A DNA stretch of 64,000 nt, from contig OX597822.1 of NCBI GenBank assembly GCA_951406725.2, positions 114,638,001-114,702,000 of the forward strand. The letters are read 5' to 3'. The translations under genes were made by a program, and so were the position numbers. Source of the stretch: Octopus vulgaris (lineage: Eukaryota). Shown in pieces: positions 27,579 to 40,335 of the stretch. Every line of letters begins with the position of its first letter. The stretch's first letter is position 1. Below the pieces are notes generated by a model. It worked only from the letters and a program-made list of their open reading frames with translations, did no database searches and had not been told where the DNA came from.

Positions 27579-27705
27579 GTAGGAAAATACAACATGGACA
27601 AGAACGTATAACTCTTAGAAGACGATACAATAAACACGGACAGGACATTCGAAACCCTCAGTCTTCAGTCAAGAACCGGATCATCGTAGTATATATATAT
27701 ATATA

Positions 27706-28110
27706 GTGGCTGTGTGGTAGGAAGTTGTTTTCCAATCACATGATTCTGGGTTCAGTCCCACCGAGTGGCATCTTGGCAAGTGTCTTCTACTAAAGCATCG
27801 TGTCGACCAAAATCTCGTGAGTCGATTGGTAGACGGAAACTGAAAGAAGCCCGTCGTATATATATATATATATATATCTGTGTGTGTGTGTCTTTGTGTC
27901 TATGTTTGTCCCCTCCCCCTCACACACACACACACACCACTTGACAACCGGCGCTGGTGTGTTTACATCCCCACAATTATCAGTTCGGCAAGAAAAGACT
28001 GATAGAACAAGAAATAATTATGATTAAATAAGTCGTAGGATCGATTTGTTTAATCATTAACAAAAATCCTTCAAGGCGGTGCTCCAATAGGATCACAGTC
28101 TAATGACTGA
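27706..28110 (+). mobile_element. tRNA-headed SINE (family A)
   Basis: gtggctgtgtggtaggaag...gggttcagtccc...ggcaagtgtcttctac...gacggaaactgaaagaagcccgtcg, with internal TA/TG repeats. Confidence 0.8.
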
Positions 28111-28797
28111 AACAAGAAAAAAAAAAAAATAGCAAACGAATGTAAGTAGGCATGTGTGGGTGTAAGAGATTTTGTGTCAGTGCCTGATCCCACCGGTGTT
28201 GGTGTATTTACGTCCTTGTATGCAAGCGGTGCGACAAAAATGATCGACAGAATAAGTACCAGGCATAAAAAATGTACTGGGTCCATTGATACGACTAAAA
28301 GTTCTTCAAGGTGACACTCTAGCATGGCCGCAGTCTAACGGCTGAAAGAAGGGAAAGATAAAAACACACACACACGCAAAATATCCTTGACCTCATCTTG
28401 AACTGACAACAACTTTCCCCTCATCCTCTCGTCACCCACGAAACTCTCTGCTCACAATATTCTACTCCCCGCCATTAAATGCCCCATCCCCCCCCCACGA
28501 ATACATGTTTAGCAATTTTCAACCGCAACCTTTAAACCCTGCCACAACAACAACAAAAATTCTAAACCCCAGCCATCTGCGATGATCACGTGGTACGTTA
28601 ATGCATTCCCAGATGAAATCACCCCGTCACCACGTTCCCAGCTCACTTGACATAGTTTCCCAATTCCCAATTTCACACAATCTTCACATTAAAGCGCTTC
28701 ACCCACCCTCACATTGTGTACCCTTATGTTAATGTGTGTGTGCGTGTGCGCGTGTATGTGTATATGTATCTATCTATCATCTCTGTCTGTGTGTCTG

Positions 28798-28829
<32 letters not shown>

Positions 28830-28830
<1 letters not shown>

Positions 28831-29075
28831 TACAGTATTATTATTAATAGGCGCTCAGGAAATGGAAGCAGGAAGGTATGACGTTTCGAGCGGAGCTCTT
28901 CGTCGGAAACATAAAGAAGGAAGAGAGAGGAAAGAAAGATCCCGGAGCGGGCAACGGAGATAGAGAAAAAACGGCTGGTGTTAGCAGAAGCACATGGTGA
29001 AAGGCGGATGTTTACGATAACAAGAGCAAAGTGGGTTTTTAAAGGCAAAAGAGTGGAGACAAGGTTGGTAACGCA
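28830..29075 (-). mobile_element. Penelope-type terminal remnant with variant hammerhead motif
   Basis: Minus strand 28910-28876 reads CCGACGA-A-GAGC-UCC-GCUC-GAAA-CG-UC; the downstream ttcctgagcg is shared with the 56595 copy. Confidence 0.55.
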
Positions 29076-29079
29076 ACAG

Positions 29080-30294
29080 ATGTGTGTGTATGTGTGAGTG
29101 TGTGCGTGTGCGTGTGTGTATGTGTGTGTGTGAGGCGAGGTAAAAAAACAAAAAATATATGTATGTGTTAGTGTGTGCGTCTGTGTGTAGGCGTGTGAGG
29201 TAGGGCGAGACGGTGGTCAGCATAGCAGCAGCATAGCAGACAAAGGTCAGTAGTGAGAAAAGGGAGGAAGGAGGAAGGGAGGGAGGGGAAGGGGTGGGGG
29301 CGTATGTAGCGTGCCAGCGTGTGTTGAGTGGTAGTGTGTGTGTGTGTCCAGTGTCGTGGTAGTATTAGTGGCGAGTAGATTGAATGTGTGTAAGAGTGAG
29401 GTATATGTTTAAGCAATGTGTGTATATGTGTGCGCGTGTGTGTAACGAAAAAAAAGGGGGGGGGGTTTAGGAAAAGGACTCCAGCGGAGGGGAAGATGGA
29501 GGAGTGGTCCCGCGGAGACGGGCGTGGGAAAACCCAACGACACGCGACATCCCAGGAACGGGCGGGAGGTCTCGTCGGATCCAAGGGCGAGGTGCATGCG
29601 GGCGCATGCGTGCGCGTACCGGCGCAAACGCGTGTGTGCGCGAGCCTGCGTGTGTGCGCGTACGTATGTGTGCGTGTGGATGTGTGAGTGTGTCTGTGTG
29701 TATGTCTGGGTGGCAGTGTGTCCGATGAATGTATGTGAGTATGTGTGTATATATGTGTGTGCATAGATGTATGTCCGTGTGTGTGTGTGTGTGTGTATGT
29801 GTGTATGAGTGTGTATGTATGTACGTGTGGGTGTGGGGAAGTGTGTGTATGTGCATGTGTGTGCGCGAACATACAGGTGTGTGAGTGAGTGCGTGTGTGT
29901 GTATGTATGTGTGAGTGTGTATGTATGTGTGTGTAGGATGCATGTATGTGTATGGGTGTATGTATGCGTGTGTGTATGTATGTATGTGTACGTGCGTGTG
30001 TGTGTGTGTATGCGTGTAGGTGTGCGCGTGTGCATGCGTGCATGTATGTTCGTATGTGTGTGTGTGTGCATGTGTGTGTGTATATATGTGTGTGCGTATA
30101 TGTGTGTGTATGTGCGTACATGTGTGTGTGTGTGCATGTGTGTGTGTAGGTGTGTAGGCGTGTGTGTATAGGTGTATGTATGTAAGTATGTATGGGTGTG
30201 TCCGTGTATGTGTATATATATATGTGTGTGTGTATGTGTGTGTGTGTGTTTCATTATATATATATATGTATATATATACATGTATACATATGCA

Positions 30295-30353
<59 letters not shown>

Positions 30354-30600
30354 TATATTCTATTTCATTATATTATATTATATTATATATATATATATTA
30401 TATATTAGATATATTTATTTATCCATTTGTATACATGTGTGTACGCACATATATATATGTATATGTTTATGCATATATGTTTATATATATGTATATATAT
30501 ATGTTTATATATATGCATGCATGCATATATACGCACACACATATCTATAGGTGTGTGTATGTGAGTGTATATGTATGCTTGTATCTAGGTATGCATGGCT
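29080..30600. repeat. Compound (GT)n/(TA)n low-complexity block with a GC-rich core
   Basis: TG/TA dinucleotide mosaics surround a CpG-rich segment at 29460-29660. Confidence 0.9.
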
Positions 30601-30793
30601 TTTATGCAGGGATACATACAGGCATGCACACGTGTGCACTCAAATAAACCCACATGTATGTACGTAATTGCAGTAGTTGACATCATTAGAACAAACCAAG
30701 ATCCAGAGAATAAGCCAGACCACCACCACCACCACCACCACCATCATAACCACCACCACCACCACCACCACCACCAAGCAGCAACGAAAACTA

Positions 30794-30997
30794 TTTCTTT
30801 ATTACCCATAAGGGGCTAAACATAGAGGGGACAAACAAGGACAGACATAGGTATTAAGTCGATTACATCGACCCCAGTGCGGAACTGGTACTTAATTTAT
30901 CGACCCCGAAAGGATGAAAGGCAAAGTCGACCTCGGCGGAATTTGAACTCAGAACGTAGCAACAGACGAAATACCGCAAAGCATTTCATCCGGCGCG
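30794..30997 (-). mobile_element. tRNA-derived SINE (family B, MetaSINE-like central domain)
   Basis: Reverse complement of gagttcaaattccgccgaggtcgactttgcctttcatcctttcggggtcgataaattaagtaccag. Confidence 0.85.
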
Positions 30998-31189
30998 CAC
31001 CGACGTAACACTACAATTAATTGTCAACAGCTTCTCAATGCAAGGGAGGTAAGTGTTGTTTTACTCTGTCACATTCAAAACTTTATTACAGTTTTGCATT
31101 GAATCACTCGACGGATTTTAAACTGTAAGTATATAGAAAAATTATATAGATCTATGTACACATCTTCGCATATATATATTCATCTGTTT

Positions 31190-31340
31190 CTGTGTTCTGA
31201 GTTCTAATTCCGCCGAGGTCGACTTTGCCTTTCATACTTTCGGGGTCGATAAATTAAGTACCAGTTGCGTACTTGGGTCGATCTAACCGACTGGTCCGCT
31301 CCCCAAACATTTTGGACCTTGTGCCTAGAGTAGAAAAGAA
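31190..31340 (+). mobile_element. SINE family B, partial
   Basis: gttctgagttctaattccgccgaggtcgactttgcc...gtcgataaattaagtaccag. Confidence 0.85.
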
Positions 31341-31996
31341 TATAAACAGCTAGGCGTAATATAAATCCAAATGCGAAAACTTAACTTTAATCGCCACCAC
31401 CGCTTATGTCTGTGTGTGTATGAGTATATTCTTTTTCTTTCTTTCACTCATTTGACTGCAGCCATGCTGGAGCACCAACTTAGTCGAAAAATATCGATCC
31501 CCAAAACTTATTCTTTATAAACCTGGTGCTTCTTCTTTCTTTTACCGAACCACTGAGCTACGGGGACGTAAACACACCAACATCAGTTGTCAAGTAGTTT
31601 CTTAGCATTGGGACACGTGGTTAGGCAGACTTTTTGCTTGGAAACACGAAGCACGTCATAAGAATCTCCCTAACCAAAATGCCTCAATTGTAAGTAACTA
31701 TTAGCAGTGAGCATTAAAATGATATGTATGTACGTACGTACGTACATACATAGACCGACACATAAACAGAGAGAGAGAGAAGGAGGGCGGGCCGTATATC
31801 AAAAATACATACCCGAATGTCTGTACATGTGCGTGTGTGCGTACGTACGCACGTATGTATACATTTGTATGCATTCATAAGTTTATTATCATTATTTATT
31901 ATTTATTATTATTATTATTATCATTATTATTGTTGTTGTTGTTGTTGTTGTTATTATCATCATATTATTACTATTATTATTATTATTATTATTATT

Positions 31997-32464
31997 GAGT
32001 GAGAGAGCAGTTCATGCCATCATAGTTATACTGGGGTAAAATATACAAAGCCCAGTATACCCATCATGACTACCCGTCTGATAAGGATACACCAGGCACA
32101 TGCATCACAACCATATGTGCGCGACATGGTGATCTCATATCAAGATAAACAGCACATGACCTTGCAGGTGGGGCCCAGTTAGAATTTTCTTCAGGTTGAG
32201 TAGCCCATCCCGCTCAAACGGTCCCTGAATAAGGGTTGTTTAAGGATGTTGAAAGAACCACCCATGTTTCCAGAGGTGAACTATTCAAACCCCAAAGAAT
32301 TCCTCTCAAACATGGCTATGATGCTCCCCCACTACTTCTGCTCGTGATCAGAGATGCACATATCGTCAGCCACTAAGGGACATGCTCAACTGGTTAAGGT
32401 CAAACAACTGACAAGCAAATCTGTGGTATTGAGCAGAATATTTGCTGTAGCCCATCTTTTATAC
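31997..32464. mobile_element. Non-coding interspersed repeat X sitting in (TTA)n
   Basis: A diverged second copy lies at 50849-51405; both start with gagtgagagagcag directly after (TTA)n. Confidence 0.8.
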
Positions 32465-32504
<40 letters not shown>

Positions 32505-32508
<4 letters not shown>

Positions 32509-34632
32509 TAGTTTTATTTTTATAGCGTGCTTTCACTTCACTACCGAGCACAGCTCTGTGTGTCTTGGGTATGTGCTGTGATTTGTTGTGATGCTCTGAT
32601 GGTTATTGTATGGAAAGTGTTCTGCGTAGGATGTGTGCAGTGCCTAGTAGTGCAATTTTCTGTATGTTATATGTGTTTGTAAGTCCTGGTGTTTTTGTTA
32701 TGTATTTGTCTGAATATTTTTTTATCATGCCTAATGCACCTACTATGATAGGAATTGTTTCTGTTTTCAGATTCCACATTCTAGTTACCTCTATTTCCAG
32801 GTCTTTGTATTTTGAGAGTTTCTCCATTTCTTTTAGAGACACGTTGTCATCAGCCGGTATTGATACATCAATTAGAAAGCATTTTTTTCTTCATGATCTC
32901 TGACAACTATATCTGGTCTGTTGGCCTTAATTTCTCTATCAGTGTGTATCGGCATATCCCAGAGTATGGTTGCTTTCTCGTTTTCTGTGACCTTTTCTGG
33001 TGTGTGCCTATACCATCTTTTTTCTGTTGTTATTCCATAATGTTGGCATAGCTTCCAATGTATGTAGGTTCCAACTCTGTCATGTCTGTGAATATATTCC
33101 TTCTTAGCCAAGACTGGGCAGCTAGAGATAATATGATTTATTGTTTCTTGTCCATCTCCACATATTCTGCAGTTACTTGTAATATTTCTTTTCATTACAT
33201 GTTTTTGGTAATTTCTGGTGTGGAGGCTTTGGTCTTGTGCTGCAATTAAAAATCCCTCTGTTTCTGCTTTGAGTCCTGAGCTTCTCAACCATTGCTGGGA
33301 TTTTTCTTTGTCTATTTCTTTTGCGTTTAGTTTAGTCCAGTATTTACCATGAAGGGGCTTTTCTTGCCATCGTTTTATCATGGTTCGTTGCTGTTCTATT
33401 TTTAGTTTGGATTTCATTTGTTTTATAGCTTTTGTTGTTTCTTCATCTTCTTCTTCTTCTTCATGTTTATTAGGTTGTATGATTTCTTGTTTGTATTTGT
33501 CAGCTTCCTTAAATACTGAGAACAGTTTTTTGTTTTGCTCGTGTTTTGCCGCTATCTGGATCAGTTTTCCTTCCTTCTGAAGTAGATATTTTTGCAGTCC
33601 TATGGTGGTTATTTTATAGTAGTTTTCCAGCTGTATAAGGCCTCTACCACCTTCTATACGTTGTATATATAGTCTTTCTATGTCAGATTTTGGGTGATGC
33701 ATCCTAGATCCTGTCATTATTTTTCTTGTTTTCCTATCTATTTTGGTCAGTTCATTTCGTGTCCAGTTAAGGATATTGTAGCTGTAACTTATAACTGGGA
33801 CAGCTAAAGTGTTGATACCTATTATCTTGTTTTTAGCATTGAGCTCTGTGTTTAGTATTGATCTAACTCGTCTATAATATTCTTTTTTTATTTTCTCTTT
33901 CATTTGTGTGTGTTGTGTCTTATCTAGTTCATGGATTCCTAAGTATTTGTAAGTTTGGCTTTGGTCTAATTCTTTTATTTCATTGGTTTTATCTAGTGTG
34001 ATGTTGTTACTCTTAACTAGTTTTCCTCTTTTCAGGGTTACTTTGGCGCATTTTTCTAATCCAAATTTCATATCTATTTCTTTGGTAAATCCATGAACTG
34101 TCTTTAATAGTGTTTCCAGCTGTTTGTTATTTGCAGCGTATAGTTTTAGGTCATCCATATATAAAAGGTGGCTGATCGTTTTGCCGTAACATTTATATCC
34201 GCATCCAGTTCTCTTTAGCATATCAGATAGAGGTGACAGTGCCAAGCAGAAAAGGAGTGGAGAGAGCGTGTCTCCCTGGAATATTCCTCTTCTAATGGGG
34301 ATGTCTTTGGTTTTCATGAGTCCCTCTTTTGTTTGGAGGTGTAGGACTGTTTGCCATTTATTCATAGAGTGCTCTATGAATTTTATGATTGTTGGTGCTA
34401 CTTTGTTAATGGCTAGTGTTTCGAGGATCCATGTGTGGGGGATGCTATCAAACGCCTTTTTGTAGTCGATCCAGGCCATACTGAGGCCTTTCTTCTTTCT
34501 GTGGCTGTCTTCAGTTACGTCTTTATTAATCATTAGTTGATCTTTACAGCCATATGAGCCTTTGCGGCATCCTTTCTGCTCTTCTGGGAACAGTTTGTTT
34601 TCGTCCAGGTGCTTGTTCAGCCTTTGTGATAT
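32505..34632 (-). mobile_element. R4/Dong-clade LINE, 5' truncated
   Basis: 593-aa ORF with QGDTLSP, YMDD, CRIC-x8-H-x4-C, RHD, RPDI; frameshift near 32880; (TTA)n on both sides. Confidence 0.95.
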
Positions 34633-34689
34633 CACTATTATTATTGTTATCATTATTATTATTATTACTATTATTATTATTATTATTAC

Positions 34690-34726
<37 letters not shown>

Positions 34727-34884
34727 GTTATGATTATTATTATTATTGTTATGATTATTATTATTATTATTACTATTATTATTATTATTGTTATGATTAT
34801 TATTATTATTATTACTATTATTATTATTATTGTTATGATTATTATTATTATTATTACTATTATTATTATTATTACTATTATTAT

Positions 34885-35490
34885 TCAGTAGTTTTATTTT
34901 TATAGCGTGCTTTCACTTCACTACCGAGCGCAGCTCTGTGTGCCTTGGGTATGTGCTGTGATTTGTTGTGATGCTCTGATGGTTATTGTATGGAAAGTGT
35001 TCTGCGTAGGATGTGTGCAGTGCCTAGTAGTGCAATTTTCTGTATGTTATATGTGTTTGTAAGTCCTGGTGTTTTTGTTATGTATTTGTCTGAATATTTT
35101 TTTTATTATTATTCAGTAATTTTATTTTTATAGTGTGCTTTCACTTCACTACCGAGCACAGCTCTGTGTGCCTTGGGTATGTGCTGTGATTTGTTGTGAT
35201 GCTCTGATGGTTATTGTATGGAAAGTGTTCTGCGTAGGATGTGTGCAGTGCCTAGTAGTGCAATTTTCTGTATGTTATATGTGTTTGTAAGTCCTGGTGT
35301 TTTTGTTATGTATTTGTCTGAATATTTTTTTATCATGCCTAATGCACCTACTATGATAGGAATTGTTTCTGTTTTCAGATTCCACATTCTAGTTACCTCT
35401 ATTTCCAGGTCTTTGTATTTTGAGAGTTTCTCCATTTCTTTTAGAGACACGTTGTCATCAGCCGGTATTGATACATCAATTAGAAAGCAT
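34885..35490 (-). mobile_element. Two further tandem 3'-end fragments of the same Dong-like LINE
   Basis: cagtagttttatttttatagcg... restarts at ~34886 and ~35114; each fragment is bounded by TTA repeats. Confidence 0.92.
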
Positions 35491-35505
35491 TTATTATTAT
35501 TATTA

Positions 35506-35549
<44 letters not shown>

Positions 35550-35550
<1 letters not shown>

Positions 35551-35900
35551 TATTCAGGTCACTGCCTGGAATCGAACTCAGAATCTTGGTAGCTCGCGCT
35601 CTTAACCACTACGCCATATGCCCGTGGTTAAGAGCGTGAGCTACTAACCTCAAAATTCCGAGTTCGATTCCAGGCAGTAACCTGAATAAAAATAATGATA
35701 ATAATAACAATAATGATAATAATAATAATAACATCGAAAAATACCTTAGGAATGCAAACACAGGATTGAAATTTCCCCAAGACACCTGATGAAGGCTGGA
35801 GGGTATACCAGCCAAAACGTTGTGAACAAACAAGATGAGCACAAATATCCGTCAAATGTAAATAATGTACATAATTCCTCATCTCTTAAGTATAGACCTG
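35550..35900 (+). mobile_element. tRNA-head element with inverted 5' duplication, (TAA)n spacer and hammerhead-like 3' part
   Basis: A box TGGCGTAGTGG and B box GAGTTCGATTCC in inverted arms 35550-35610 / 35624-35688; CTGATGA-A-GGCTGG...CCAGCC-AAAA-CGTT at 35786-35821. Confidence 0.7.
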
Positions 35901-36679
35901 TATTTTTCAATTATTATAAATCTTCCACTGAGAAGGGAGCTGGTTTCCAACAAAGGCTCCATCTTTGGAATGTAGTTAACGCAGACAAATTCACATTTGG
36001 AACTTGAGAAAAGTCTTGCTTATTTTTACTGTTCCACTCACGGATTGCCCTTTCAATATACAAATTAGCCGCTCGATTTCTCTTTCTGAAAATCCCAGTT
36101 TATCCAGATTTTTCTTTAAGTTTCAGTCTTAAAAATAAATACTGGAATCGATTTATTCGACTAAAACCCTTGTATGTATGTATGTGTGTGTGTATGTATG
36201 TAAGTGTGTATGTATGTATGCCCGTGTGTGTGTGTGTGCATGTATGTTTGTTTTTATTTGTAGTTTTCTTTGTATGCTTTCTGGGTTGAGCTGGTTTCAA
36301 ACAGAGAAACGAATACTCCAGTATCTATCAGTCCATGCATTCAACATATATACAAATAAACATGCTCACTTGATTATGCTAGTAAATGTATATGTATAAG
36401 CTATATAAGGTGTTATCAGAAAAAAAGAAAAACAAAGGATTTTCAGACATAGAATGATGTCCGCTAACACGAACTTTACAGATACAATCTGTAAGCAGAA
36501 TGATATAAATATGCAAGACTTTATTAAAGTTTGACGTATAACAATTATCCTTCTCATCCAAATTTCAGGGATCTGACTTGTATTTTTAGCAATAAAAGCC
36601 ACCACATCAAGGTTTCTCAATCGATATTTCCCTCATTTGTCCATCCAGGTGTGATTGATTTTAAAATTCCTGTAAAACG

Positions 36680-36847
36680 ATGACCTCACTTGATAAAGCT
36701 ACTCCCAGGATTCTACATTACGTGACACCCTGTTTTCTCAGTGAAACCATAAGCAGTCGAGCTGGATTTAAGGTTTATCTGAAATTAGAGAACTTACAAC
36801 CAAGCGGTTCCTTTAAGATACGTGGTATTGGTAACTTTTGTCAAAAG
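36680..36847 (+). CDS. SDSL: L-serine dehydratase-like, coding exon 1
   Basis: MTSLDK...LHYVTP...KVYLKLENLQPSGSFKIRG (PLP lysine motif); donor GTAGGT at 36848, phase 0; upstream acceptor at 36647-36648. Confidence 0.93.
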
Positions 36848-37157
36848 GTAGGTGGTCCGCTATTGCACTGTTCTTGTTGCATGATATTCAGTTCTCGGTA
36901 ACGGAATCGGGCAGTGTTTCATTTGGCTGTTTACAATCTGAGTTCAAAATCCGGCCGAGGTCGACTTTACCTTTCGTTCTTTCAGAGTCGATAAAATATG
37001 TATGTCCACGTTTAAGTGTGTGCGTGTGTGCATATATGTATGTTGTTGTGCATGGATCTATATTTGTTATTGTGTATGTATTTGAGTATATCTATTTATA
37101 TACGAACTGGTTTTTAATTTTGACGGTTTCACTCGTTTCTCTTTTATATTTTTACAG

Positions 37158-37310
37158 GCAAAACAGAGAGGTGCTACGAAGTTTTCTTCTTCTTCAGGTG
37201 GAAATGCTGGCCTGGCAGCAGCTCTTGCCGCCAGAAAGTTAGGACTTCCTCTTTCCATAGTCGTTCCTGAGACATGCCCATCATTTATTCAAGAGGATTT
37301 GAGAAAACAG
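37158..37310 (+). CDS. SDSL: SDSL-like exon 2
   Basis: tttttacag|AKQRGATKFSSSSGGNAGLAAALAARKLGLPLSIVVPETCPSFIQEDLRKQ|gtacat; 153 nt, phase 0-0. Confidence 0.94.
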
Positions 37311-37780
37311 GTACATAGAATATGTATTAAAGGATAACTGCTGTGCTGATGATGTCGATTGAGACAGAAATACGTCAGCAGCTGTCTTTTACAAATGGCA
37401 TATCACTTACTTATACTCTTCGATACGTTAGATTGTCTCCCCTTCTCATTCAGAGTTGGTTGTATTCTCTTGTACGGTATTTAATATACTTTGTTATCAT
37501 ACCCCTGGTCACTCTGAATTACTTAGCACATATTCATTTAAATCATACACACACATGGAAGTAAACATAGATGAGTATGCATGCAGAAATATATTGTGAA
37601 TTTCAGTACCTATTCATCTGACCGGTCGAGGGGTTTATGGTAACAACTCTACCTCAAGTTCAGGCAAATTAGTAGAAACTGTTCAAGCCAAACAGGATCA
37701 AGTATATTGTACCGGGGCTGCAAAGAGATTAACAAAGGAACAACGATGATCAATGAATAACGAGAGTGATGATTAGGATA

Positions 37781-37970
37781 GCGAGCTGGCAGAATCGTTA
37801 ACACGCTGGGCAAAATGATTAGCGGTATTTTTACTGTCTTTACATTCTGAGTTCAAATTCCACTGACGTTGACTTTGCCTTTCATCCTTTGGGGGTCGAT
37901 AATATAAGTACCATTAAAACAACTGGGATCGATGTAATCGACTTGCCCACTCCCTCAGAATTGCTAGCTT
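37781..37970 (+). mobile_element. SINE family B
   Basis: gcgagctggcagaatcgttaacacgctgggc...gagttcaaattcc...gggtcgata. Confidence 0.85.
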
Positions 37971-38825
37971 CCTCTCTCCTGTCATTACCGTTAATAATGG
38001 GAGTGAATTGAAAGGATAGACTGAATTGGGTTCAGACGTTGACACAATAATTCACCAGCTCCAACATTCGATCCTCAGAAGCGGAGAGGTTGGTAAAAAA
38101 TAATCAAAAAACCAAGCTTACAATCTTTAATTCGGTTTTCATGCATATTCTCATCTGTTCATGAAGGCTGAGCAATGACCGAAAGATTAAGGTCACGAAT
38201 ACAAGCAGCTGAAATGAGGGTCCTCTGAAGGATCTCTGGAGTAACGTTACATGATAGAGTGCATTGCATGGAGATAAGGCAGACTTTCCAAATTGAGCCG
38301 CCTCATCTCTGCAGTTCCAGTACCATGGACATGTGAATAGCATGTCGTAGGAAAGAATTGCAAGACGGTTTCTTCAAGCTGAGCCAACTGGCAGGATGCT
38401 AAAGAGTAAACCATGAACGAGTTGCTTGGATAATATCCATAGTCTAAGTTGGTTACGCTTGGGAATTCAGCTGGAAAGTGTAACGATGGTTTCTCCAGAG
38501 GGAGCCCAATGGAGAAGGCACCTGGAGATTTTATTTCCACGATCGTCCCAGCAACAGGGGCGGGGGAAGATGGATGGACGGACAGACGAATGGATGGATG
38601 GTTGGATGGAGAGAAGAGAAGGATAGCTAATAAATTCTGCAAAAATTCTTGTTAAAAAGGCTTAAATTTTAACTCATTAATTTTTCGAGGAATTAAGTCA
38701 AAGCTCTTATTTTTCCAATTCAATTCCTTTCTCATACTCCAGGCTCATCTTCATTCCTTACAGAAAAACTCATAAAGGTTGCTTTTCGAATATGCTGTTG
38801 TCATTTAATATTAATTGGTGTTAAA

Positions 38826-39030
38826 GCGGCGAGATGACAGAATCGTTATCACACCGGAAAAACGGTCAGTGACATTTCGTCTGTTTTTTATGTTCTGAGC
38901 TCAAATTCCGCCGACGTCGACCTTGCCATTCATCCTTTCGGGTTCGATAAAATAAGTACCAGTTGTGTACTGGGGTCAATGTAATCGACTTAACCCCTCC
39001 CCCTAACTTATTGGCCTTATGTCAAAATTT
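38826..39030 (+). mobile_element. SINE family B
   Basis: gcggcgagatgacagaatcgtt...caaattccgccgacgtcgacc...gataaaataagtaccag. Confidence 0.85.
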
Positions 39031-39203
39031 GGAATCAGTATTCACTGATACTTGTGAGTAAGAAAACTGCAGGTATAATTGCAGTTGCTTGACCTGCTAG
39101 AAACAGCAGGCAAATTTCCCACTAACTACATTTTTAAGTTCTTAAAGAAGGTAAAGAAAACATTAGATGATATAGTCCTAGGTACCCATAGACCAAATAC
39201 GTA

Positions 39204-39247
<44 letters not shown>

Positions 39248-40132
39248 TATATAATGAGATGATACATGAAGGTTCTACAATTTCTTGTTCAACAACCTTC
39301 ACAGACAGTTTGTTTGTAGAGATCGAATGTTTGTGTCGAACATCAGCTCATTTCTTCAATCAAATCGACGTTGCCTTAACAGGTGCACAAATTACCACAA
39401 GTCAGGTGTCGAAGTGACTGGAAAATAACATGAGATGAAGTGTTTAGCTCAAGAATACATCGCACCACCCGGTATGAAAATTGGCCATACAATCTTGCAA
39501 TCGTGAGTGCAATAGCCTAATGACTAGGCTACACGCCTTCAGTACATACATGATGGTTGTCCATTCATGATTGAGGAAGACCCTTGTTTACCTTTAGGAA
39601 CATTGTGTGCTCTAGGATTAATATTTTGTATTTGCAGCTTCATTGATCACTTATGAGGCTCTCATAAGTGCTACTGGTAACATGGAATCCAGTACAACCT
39701 GTTGCATGGCCAGGTTGTCAACGACTAAATTGGCACCCCCACCAGGCTACCCTGGTGAGGATTAAAGCAGGATTACAAGACCTGTTGAAAGGTCGGATGA
39801 ACCTAGTGAAGCTCAATGGCTATCGAGCAAGAGGAAGGATACGGAGAAATTCCGGGATGGTGTCCGGCGTGTTAGAAGACCACTGGGATTGAGGCAGCCC
39901 TCAGCTTCTGTTGAAACATGTCTCTAGGAGAAGGTCACTCTGATATAAAACCAGATATGCAGGGAATGGCATTGGACATTTTGGGGATCTTTGGTTTGTG
40001 CTAGAGATCACGGCGCTCCACATCCAACTGGCCTTCACTAGTTATTGGTAGAGAATTGTGCTTGTCTCTGGATAATGTCCAGAGTTTTGGAGTTTGAAAT
40101 GACACCTAAAGAATTTATTATTGTGTTCTGTT

Positions 40133-40164
<32 letters not shown>

Positions 40165-40335
40165 TACATACATACATGCATGAATGCATGCATACATACA
40201 TACACACATACATACATACATACATACATACATACAAACATACATGCATACATACATACATACATACATACACACATACAAACATACATGCATACATACA
40301 TACATACATGCATATACATACATACATGCATAAGC

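Noticed and set aside
35550-35690. Functional tRNA genes
   Set aside because: One arm lacks part of the anticodon arm, the other is 5' truncated, and the acceptor stem is poor. They are better explained as SINE-type heads.
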